Below, in pieces: positions 1 to 8,542 of a stretch of DNA of 10,092 nt (the stretch's first letter is position 1; every line of letters starts with the position of its first letter). Both the position numbers and the translations under genes were made by a program. Where the stretch lies: contig JAAOMT010000195.1 in NCBI GenBank assembly GCA_016748015.1, positions 30,364 to 40,455 of the forward strand. Direction: 5' to 3'. The DNA is from Geosiphon pyriformis uo1 (Eukaryota; Fungi; Glomeromycota). The notes under the pieces were generated by a model. The model searched no databases, had not been told where the DNA came from, and saw nothing but the letters and a program-made list of their open reading frames with translations.

Positions 1-813
1 ATGGCTATTAACAGGATATTAATTTTTTCTTTTCTTTTATTTATTTATTTATTTTTATTTTGTTGTTTTGTTGCTTTACTAACTGATTAAAGAATTAATG
101 CATAAAGTACTAATATCAAAAATAGCACTGATAAAAAACCCAAAAATAAGAATAGACATTCGAAATTTGAAACAACAAATCTTATTCTTAAAGCTATACA
201 AAAACAAATTTACAATAAATTCAAGACAACAATTTGATTAATAAACACTTATTACAAACCTAAAGCAGTTTTTAAATTTTATAATCTATTTAATATTTGT
301 AAAAATGTCCTACAAAATTTAATATTCCAATCAATAAAAATTCAATATATTAACAAACTTACAAAACTAAAATTTTAACAATTTTCAGACCAAATTACTT
401 GAATTATTTTGGACTATTATTTCAATATTACAGATAGTATTTGGACTTTAATAGAGCTCAGTTTTGAGAAAAAAATTATGTTATTAGTAGAATTTTAATT
501 ATTAAATTAACATAAAATTACTCTTATAATTCTTATCATTAATTAATATATATTATTATTATTAAATTATTACTTATTATTTAATCAAATTATTAAATAT
601 TACTATAATCTAATTTGTATAATAAAAATTAAAATGATCAAATTACACAATATTTTAAATTATATAACATTTAAAAATTTGCCAAAATTTGCAAAAATTT
701 ACCAAAATAATAAATAATTTACTTTTTAGTTAATAGTTTGCAGAAATAACTTGTAGTTTGTCAAAATGTATCTTTAATTTATCGAAATTATAGCAAAAAA
801 AAAAATACAAGTT

Positions 814-873
814 NNNNNNNNNNNNNNNNNNNNNNNNNNNNNNNNNNNNNNNNNNNNNNNNNNNNNNNNNNNN
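814..873. other. Assembly gap (60 N)
   Basis: Run of N. Confidence 0.99.
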
Positions 874-1535
874 AGTTTTCAAAAATGTGAATTTATAATA
901 AACAGACATTAACAACATGTAACAATATTTCTAAAAATATGTCATAATTTTCTAAAAATATGTTTACTTGTTAAGTACTATTTTCTTATTAGTCTATTTT
1001 TATGATTTGTTTTTTTTATCTTTTTCTTGTATTTTTTTTCTATAAATAACAATAATAATAAAAATTTCGCCTAATGGCTTTTATGATCAATCTGGTTTTT
1101 TGTTAACTAGAATAGTTTATTTGCTTGGTATTGTTAAGTTTTTTGTAGTTAGTTTTGGTCTGTATAAAATGTGTTTGTTTTTTTCAGACATAAACAATAG
1201 TACAGAAGTTTATATAAAAATGTAATATTGTTTTGATTGACTTAAATAACTGGTCATATATAGCAAATATATAAGTTATATCTAGTTAGATTTATTTAGT
1301 TTGTTTCTGTATACTATATAATGATTAAATTGTATTTATTAATAATAATAATAATAAAAATTAAACCAAAAGTTATTTAAATACTATTTTAATTATTAAA
1401 CAAATTATTATAATTAATAATAATAAAATACATACTATTATTAAGTCAAAAAAATTATTAATAGAAAAAAATTAATAATAAAAAAAAATTAATAATAAAA
1501 TAGATAAATATATACTTAAATATATAATAACAATT

Positions 1536-1539
1536 ATAT
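1536..1539 (+). repeat. Left target-site duplication ATAT
   Basis: ATAT immediately precedes TGTTACA at 1540, and the identical ATAT follows the 3' LTR. The 5-bp flanks (TATAT vs ATATT) do not match, so the TSD is 4 bp. Confidence 0.8.
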
Positions 1540-1628
1540 TGTTACAGTTGAAACTTATACTTTTTATTAATTATCACATGTATTAACTACTGATGTTATA
1601 TAAATTAGCCACTCTATTTTTAGTAAGT

Positions 1629-1652
1629 GATCATTAACCTGATCATTGACAA
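1629..1652 (+). repeat. Two copies of the same 12-bp unit in the 5' LTR
   Basis: gatcattaacct gatcattgacaa at the position homologous to 8601-8756. Confidence 0.9.
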
Positions 1653-1663
1653 CTTTTGACAAC

Positions 1664-1670
1664 TATATAA
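1664..1670 (+). promoter_or_regulatory. Putative TATA box in 5' LTR U3
   Basis: TATATAA lies just downstream of the 12-bp repeats and is conserved in the 3' LTR at 8768-8774. Confidence 0.5.
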
Positions 1671-2187
1671 GTGATGAATTTCTTAGCTGTAGAAAAGCAT
1701 GAAAGAATCAAAGCAATAAAAGAAATAAAATAACAACTTCATTTCAATTTTTCTCTTATCACTAATTTCTCTTTTCTTACTTTTAAGTATCTAAACATCT
1801 TAAAGATAAAAGATTACTTGTTGGTTATTTCTTACCCTTTTCCTAAAACGTGTAATTGCAGTATTTGAAAATTATTGAATAAAACGTGACTGAAGAACAC
1901 ATCTGATACTTGATATTAAATTCTAAGAGTGCTAACGTGAAGCATAGAATTATACCAAGTATAATCATTTGTTGACAATACAGACTATCTCTCTACCTTC
2001 AGATTTCTTAGTTACCTTTGAAAAGTATAGTAACTGAAATATTTTATGAGACTAATCTTGTACATTGAATCCATACTTATTCAATTCGCTCTTTGAAGTT
2101 GAATTCTCTTTAATTATTTCCATTACTCTACAATCCTGTTCTCCCTTGCTATCCATTAGCTTGTTACTCCAACCCATAACATAAAAG

Positions 2188-2205
2188 TGGTGCTTCTTGT
2201 AAGAT
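2188..2205 (+). promoter_or_regulatory. Primer-binding site (complement of a tRNA 3' end, probably elongator tRNA-Met)
   Basis: TGGTGCTTCTTGTAAGAT starts 6 nt after the 5' LTR. TGG pairs with CCA, and the reverse complement ATCTTACAAGAAGCACCA resembles a T-stem/acceptor end. The tRNA identity is an inference. Confidence 0.8.
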
Positions 2206-2233
2206 TGTCAAAATTCACTTTGTTTCCTATTGT

Positions 2234-3787
2234 ATGAGTAATTATTCATACCTGTTACAACAATCAAAAGAACACTTTAAAGCACACAACAAAAACAATC
2301 TAAACTTTATTGAACTCAATTCTTTGCCCTCCTGCTTGATTTGCTTTCCCATTGAAAAACAATCCAGCAGACAATTCTAAGACTTTTGGAACTGGTTCCT
2401 GAATAAGCATTCAGCTGAAACCTACACAGCTTATACAATCTATTACTTTGACCAAGCTTATTTTGAAGACAACTGTGAAGAAAGAAACAACAGCATTAAT
2501 CAACTTTTATACTCAACAACCTTTGAACAACAGCCCTCTGATTTTGAATATTTGAATCATCAAATCCACATTTGGATTGCTGCTCATCAATTAACAAAAA
2601 CTTCTCTTGAAACAGAAGAAGAAAGCTATCAAACCACTTCTGTTTTTAATATCTTTTCAAGTAAATCAGAACACTCCACACAAACAGTTACACCTGAACC
2701 AATGGCTCAAAACCCTCTGCAAAAAAACATTCTGATCGCCCTTCAAGGTATACAGACTGCTTTAGGGCAAAGAAACAACACCCTATTACCATTATTCAGA
2801 GGTGATGCCCAAGATCCAATCGAATGACTGGATGATTTTGAAAAAGCTGCCACAGCAAACCAATATGATAATGAATACAAGTTTTAAATCATTGGTGGCT
2901 ATCTTTAAGGCTCTCTTGCTACTTGGTTCTCACAAGAAACCAATGTCAATGCTTAACAAAGAATCATTAGATGGGCACCAGCAAATGCTGGAGAAAACAA
3001 CACTTCTTTCACTACCCAGTTTGAAATGAAATTTAAAACTTTCATTTTAATCTTAAAATGGCATATGTAATTAGAAAGAAGAACTTAAAGCCCTGGTAAG
3101 GTTGTGACAAAATATGCCAAAGCAATAAAAAAACTCATTAAATAGATAGACTCTAGAAGAAATTGGACAGAAAAGCAGAAAATACATTCCTTTACAAAAG
3201 GACTGAGAACTAATCTATCATATGCTCTTTGGCGCCTTTTGGCCTTGAAAAATAATCTCACAATGAATATGGCCATTGAACTTGCTCAGAGAATAGAAGA
3301 CAATCAAAGGATGCACTTAGAATCTACACTTCCAGTTTTTGCATCTGCTTCTGTTATGGCTTCTGCTTCCCAAATGGCTGCTACCTCTTTTGCTGCCCAA
3401 ACTCAAGACCCAAATAAACAGTTAATAGATAGACTTACAGCTAATTTTGCCCAGCTATTAAAACCATTGGCCCAAGCAGTCAGAGACAACCAGCAATTCC
3501 AAAGACCTAAATTTAAACTCCACTTCAATCAGGCCCAGCAACCACCATATTAAAGACAACAAAATTATGGCCCACCTATGTACTATCGTTGTGAACTAAC
3601 TGGAAACTTTTCCAGAGACTGTAACAATCCTTCATTGTCTCTTTCAGCTCCCAGAAATAATGACACCCAGAATAACAGATCCAACAATAATAATGTTCCC
3701 AATCAAAGACCCAATCATGCCAACATCAATTTCTTTGGAAAGAATCCTTTAGTTGAAGCTACTGTTTATCAGCCTTTAAACTGGTAA
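2234..3787 (+). pseudogene. gag: gag pseudogene: N-terminal extension, capsid-like domain, degenerate CCHC zinc knuckle
   Basis: One reading frame runs from ATG 2234 to TAA 3785-3787, joining track ORFs 2552, 3239 and 3578 across several premature stops. Retrotransposon Gag motifs: LPLFRGDAQDPIE(W)LDDFEKAATAN, (Q)SPGKVVTKYAKAIKKL, KIHSFTKGL. The knuckle YYRCELTGNFSRDC (3581-3622) is a decayed Cx2Cx4Hx4C. Confidence 0.92.
3775..3781 (+). promoter_or_regulatory. Programmed -1 ribosomal frameshift slippery heptamer T TTA AAC (gag-pol junction)
   Basis: The gag frame reads CCT TTA AAC TGG TAA, placing the X_XXY_YYZ heptamer in the correct phase just before the gag stop. The -1 frame (TTT AAA CTG GTA AAT ...) is open into the 3871 ORF. 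Confidence 0.8.
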
Positions 3788-4598
3788 ATGCATCTCCAAA
3801 GGATGAAAGTACAAGCCAACCAGAAGAAAACCTCTTTTATGCTTTTAACATAATTAATGATGATTATAACATGGATGAATTAGCAATCAACACTTCTGAA
3901 TCAACCAGAAAGAAGAAGAAAGCCAAAGTTGATTTTGTTCTAGATCCAAAAAAAGCCTCCACATCAACTGCTGATAACAATGAGCTGCTAAAGACTAAAG
4001 TTTTTAAAAATTCCCCAAAGTTGAAATCTTCAGAAATAGTACAAAAATTTGGCCCCTATTCTGTTGTTAAAAATCTCATAGAAACTCTTGCACACATTAC
4101 ATTTGGCCAATTGATGACCCATCCACAGTTCAGAAAAGATTTTCACAAATCATTGATACCAAAAAAAAAACACCAAAGACCAACAAATGCCCTCACCAAG
4201 CTGGACTTGCTGATAACAGCAATGTCACCTCTCTGATTTGTAAAGCCCAAGTGGCTGGTTACTTCATTGATCTGATCCTAGACAGTAGATTATCTGTTAG
4301 TGTAATTGCCAAACATTTTCTTAAAACAATTGGCAGAAAGATTGATGAGTTTTCTATAAGACCAATAACCAATATACATAGTGACAAGAAGAAAGGCCTG
4401 GGCATAGCCAAAACTATTCCTGTCCGCATTAATGGTATCAGTATTAAAACAGATATGAAAGTGTTTGAAGCAAAAGAGTACACCATTATTGTTGGTAATG
4501 AATGGCTTAAAAAAGCCAAAGCACTACTTGACTATGAACTTTGCGAGCTAACCATCAGATGTGATGAGAAACCCATTGTGGTTAAATGCCAACATTAG
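3775..4598 (+). pseudogene. pol: pol N-terminal region and aspartic protease (retropepsin), degenerate
   Basis: Motifs LILDSRLSVSVI (decayed D-S-G, Asp at 4281) and IIVGNEWL. A 1-nt frameshift in the A10 run at 4161-4170 separates the 3871 and 4251 ORFs. Confidence 0.9.
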
Positions 4599-5060
4599 AC
4601 AACTCTTCCAGTAACTCAACAGAACAAAGAAAAAAAACAATCAGATGAATCAGATGATGATGAAAGCAATGATGATGAAAATTAAGAAGAACAAGAAGAA
4701 ACTGCTAAACTTGCCTACACTATTTTCACCAGCAATGGCAAGCCACTGGACAATGTTAAAGCTGACAAAAAAGGAATCATGGTGAATGGCAAGATAATCT
4801 GCTGGCCCTACTATGATATTCTTAGAAGAATCTTTGACAAAAAACCTAGTAAGAAAGCCAAATACAGTTATTGGTGGCATGGCTCTTGTGCACAGTGCTG
4901 GTGTAATAAACCTTTGTATTCATCAAGTGATAAATACAAATTCTGCCTAATCTATTACAAAAATTGGGAACCAATTAGTTTGATACCTCGAAAAGAACTC
5001 AAAGAAGTACAAAAGTCTTTTGAGAATGAACTATCTAAAATCCAATCATTGGTTGTAGAA
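4599..5060 (+). pseudogene. In-frame pol insert between PR and RT: acidic tract plus Trp/Cys-rich domain of unknown function
   Basis: Same frame as PR and RT. Reads QSDESDDDESNDDEN*EEQEE, then ICWPYYD...YWWHGSCAQCWCNKPLYSSSDKYKFC...WEPI. Confidence 0.7.
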
Positions 5061-6463
5061 TAAAGAGAATTTTCCCCTGAAGAAAAAAAAGTGGACATTG
5101 AAAATCTGTTGGCTAGAAATAGCCCAGTTATCTTAAAAGAAGGTGACATCTCTGAACAAATCTATGTGATACAACACACTATTACCACCAAAAAAACTCA
5201 CCTCATTTATTTGAAGCTTTATCAATCTAATTGACACAATGATGAGTTTATCAAGAAAGAGATAAACCGGATGAAAGATCTTGGATTCATACAAGAAACC
5301 AAGAGTGAATGGGCTTTTCCAGTTGTAGTGGTATTTAAGAAAGATGGAACTCTATGCTTCTGTGTTGACTACTGCCAATTAAATACCATTACTATAAAAA
5401 ACATGTACCCACTTCTCAAGATTGATGCAATGCTAGATAAATTCAATGGTGCTGTATTTTTCTCAACCATTAACTTAACTGCTGGATTTTGGCAAATAGA
5501 GATGGATTCAGAAAGCAGAAAAAAAACTGCTTTTATCACCAAGTATGGCACCTATAAATTCACAGTCATGCTTTTTGGTTTCACCAATGTTCCTTTCACC
5601 TTTTAATGCTTAATGGATAAAGTATTTGAATCAGTAAAAGAAAACTTTGTTCTGGTTTACTTGGATGACATAATAGTATATTCAAAAATCTGGGATAAAT
5701 ACCTTAAACATTTACAGAAAGTTTTGATCTCCTTAGAAATGCTGGTCTTAAGATCAACCCAATTAAATCTTTTTTTGAACACCAATCCACCCAATTTCTT
5801 GGTCATCTTGTTACAAAAGATGGAATCTTTCCTGATCCAGCTAAAGTTGAAAAAGTTCAGAACATTAGACAACCAATAAATGTTTCTGAACTACACTTTT
5901 TCCTTGGTTTGGCCTCTTACTATCGCAAATTCATCAAGAATTTCTCCAAAATTGCCTTTCTTCTCAATTAACTATTCAGAAAAAATGTTAATTATCACTG
6001 GGGCACTTATCAACAAAAAACTTTTGAATTTCTGAAGAAAAAACTTGTTACTAAACCAATTCTCAAACAATCTGATCTGGATCAACTTTTTATTCTCCAC
6101 ACTGATACATCTGGCTATGGACTTGATGCTGTTCTTTTACAGAAAAACAAAAATGGCAAAGAACATGTCATAGCATATGCCAATAGATCCCTCACATCAA
6201 TTGAAAAGAACTATTCAGTTACTAAACAAGAATGTTTAACAGTAGTTTAGACTACTAACTACTGGGACCAATATCTTCTTAATGCAAAATTCTTAGTGAT
6301 AACAGATTATCAAGTCTTGGTTTGGCTGCACAAGAAAAAAAAACTGGAACACAAACAAATAACTTGCTAGATACTCCACTTAGATGAATTCGACTATGAT
6401 ATTCAACACTGCAAAGGAGCAAATCATCAAAACGCCAATGCTCTCTTTAGACTTATCATTTAG
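5061..6463 (+). pseudogene. pol: Reverse transcriptase and RNase H (Ty3/Gypsy type), degenerate
   Basis: RT motifs SEWAFPVVVVFKKDGTLCFCVDYCQLN, MLFGFTNVPFTF, YLDD (5658-5669), FLGH, FLGLASYYRKFI. RNase H motifs LHTDTSGYGL (6101), IAYANRSL, NYSVTKQECL, ITDY, NANALFR. A frameshift occurs near 5725. Confidence 0.96.
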
Positions 6464-6530
6464 TGACAGTATAACCTCTTAAATCAAACCAACTTAATTA
6501 TTAGTAACTTCTTCACAAACAAACACAATA

Positions 6531-7844
6531 ATAGACTTGAACAACTACTTTGCTTTAATGAAATTTTTGGGTAAAGGATAATACTCATCAGAATACACTT
6601 GATAGTAAAGAGAACATTTGTGTAAACAATCAAATTTCTATTTGATCTGCCAGAACCAATTATACAAAAAAAACAGAAAAGATCCTGACTGCCCTCAAAG
6701 AGTCATTAGATTTGAAGAAAAAGAAATTGTAATATATAACATGTATACTGACCCATTAGCTAGACACTTTGGAAAAACAAAAACAATTCAGAAAACTTTA
6801 GCTCATTATTATTGGCCTATTTTGGAAAAAGACATTGCTGAATACATTAAAACCTGTGACATCTGTTAAAGAAAAGACAAACCTAATCACAAAGAAGATA
6901 TCCATCAAATCTTTGTTGGTCAACCATTTAACAGAATTGGTATAGATGTTGTTAGACCTTTAACAATTACTCCTGATGACAACAGATATATTATTACAGC
7001 TACTGACTATCTTACAAAGTGGGTAGAAGCAAGAGCCACCCCAGACCAAACAGCAGTCTTAATAGCTAATTTTATTTATGAAGATATCATCTGCTGTCAT
7101 GGCTGTTCCAAAAAACTTTTATCTGATAAAGGAAGAGCTTTTTTCAGTACACTGGTTGAAGAACTTTGTAGAAAAATGGGAATATGTCATAAACTTTCCT
7201 CCCCTTATTACCCCCAAACAAATAGCCTAGTGGAATGTTTCAATAGAACACTATGTGAAACCCTAGCTAAAACCAGTGAAAAAACAAACTTATAAGACAA
7301 AGCACTGCCTTCAGCTTTGTTTGCTTATCGAACTGTGAATCATGACATAACAAGTTATGAATCTTTTTATCTGCTCTATAGATGCATGGCAATGCTACCA
7401 ATAGAAACTGACATTGAAACAATATCCTTTAAAGAAATCACAATAGGAAATTACAAAGACATTTTGCAAAAAAGACTTAATACCATTTTTGACTTTTTGG
7501 TAGAAGCATGAATAATTGCTTTTAAAAAGATAAAACAGTTCTAAGAAAAGCTTAAAAAAAAGAAAACCTATAAAACACTTTCTTTAAGTGTTGGTGACTT
7601 GGTACTAGAATACCATTCAGATAGAGACAATGTTTATGGTGATAAATTTTCTAGCTGGTGAAAAGAACCCTTTATAGTCAACAAAGTTTTGAACAATAGT
7701 TCTTATATTTTTCAAGATTAATCTGGAACAATCTTCAATAATCATCCTGTTCACAGTACACAACTCAAGAAATATCATAAACAACCTGATTGGCTGCCTG
7801 TTGTAGTAATACTGACTCAAATAATCAGCAAAAATCAAGTATAA
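6531..7844 (+). pseudogene. int: Integrase (HHCC, DDE core, GPF/SH3-like C-terminus, no chromodomain), degenerate
   Basis: One frame with stops. Zn-finger remnant (Y)TDPLARHFG...YYWP...CDIC. Catalytic D 6945 (IGIDVV), D 7125 (SDKG), E 7233 with D-x35-E spacing. C-terminal VGDLVL...W*KEPF...HSTQLKKY, then stop at 7842-7844. Confidence 0.94.
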
Positions 7845-8542
7845 ATAAATGCACTATTCCTAAAACAGAGGTATTTTCAATCAACATAAACAATTATTTT
7901 CTGGATCAAAACATTCAAAACACTTTCTATACTCTTTATGAGTATTGGATCAAAAACTATCCAAATGCTACTCTGACCATTGGAAAACAAACCACCATAA
8001 TTGATAACAGTAGAACACATACTATTATTAGACCAAAGAAAACCACTACTAAAAGAGAAAGAATTGGTAGTAAAATGGATAAATATCTGTTAGAAAGTAT
8101 AACAGCAGCTATACTCTCACCTTCCAACACAATTGGAAAAACACTACAAGAAATCTTACCGATAGACAAAAACTTGTCATATAAAAAGCAATTAGAACTC
8201 TATGGTCATCTTGGTGAAATCATAGAAGATATAAAACTCATAAAAAAAACAACTTTAGAGATACAGGCAGAAATTTTGGGCATTATATGATTAGATGTCT
8301 CAAGAGTTTTAACTATTGCTAAAAGAGCCAAAACTCTAATACAAAGATTTGGTCTCTTGGATACAAAACTCATTTTGCCTCAAGTGTTATATACCTTATC
8401 TATAAAAGACTTCAACAAACTAGTTAGCTTTGAGTTAGATAAAACCCTTCCAATAGATTACACCATAAATAGCTTGATTTCACCAAAGCTCAATCTCTTT
8501 GGAGAAAATAATGTTATAGTTGAAACTTATACTTTTTATTAA
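7790..8542 (+). pseudogene. ORF3: additional uncharacterised ORF in the env position, one internal stop
   Basis: Track ORFs 7790-8290 and 8357-8542 share a frame and are separated only by TGA at 8288-8290. About 250 codons with a single stop in very AT-rich DNA; the end lies 31 nt inside the 3' LTR. Confidence 0.72.
8501..8511 (+). promoter_or_regulatory. Polypurine tract (degenerate)
   Basis: GGAGAAAATAA abuts the TG of the 3' LTR; probably G-richer before G>A decay. Confidence 0.65.

Larger units (their letters stand above)
1540..2181 (+). repeat. 5' LTR (642 bp)
   Basis: Starts TGTTACAGTTG and ends CAACCCATAACA. Colinear with 8512-9285 at roughly 90% identity by hand alignment, apart from the tandem array copy number. 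Confidence 0.96.

Noticed and set aside
673-708. 10-bp tandem repeat (AAAATTTGC-like, about 3.5 copies)
   Set aside because: Short low-complexity repeat in AT-rich flank with no supportable function; the same holds for the TTTCTAAAAATATGT duplication near 928-963.
730-918. Minus-strand 62-aa ORF
   Set aside because: Spans the N gap in low-complexity AT DNA; an artefact.
1-1535. Host gene or further LTR remnant in the left flank
   Set aside because: Extremely AT-rich with no convincing ORF or alignable LTR landmarks by eye; it may be eroded repeat DNA, but this cannot be supported.
2802-3029. Plus-strand 75-aa ORF
   Set aside because: Alternative frame over gag; the Gag motifs lie in the other, stop-interrupted frame.
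4161-4170. A10 run as a second programmed frameshift
   Set aside because: A homopolymer indel (decay or sequencing error) is the simpler explanation; the same holds for the shift near 5725 inside RT.
7620-7900. Chromodomain at the integrase C-terminus
   Set aside because: IN ends shortly after the GPF/SH3-like module, and no chromodomain motif (Y-x-V-K-W-x-G-Y...W) is visible.
3085-8169. Short minus-strand ORFs (3085, 4259, 4650, 4955, 5369, 5657, 7617, 7957)
   Set aside because: Antisense shadows of gag/pol/ORF3; short, F/L/I-biased, with no motifs.
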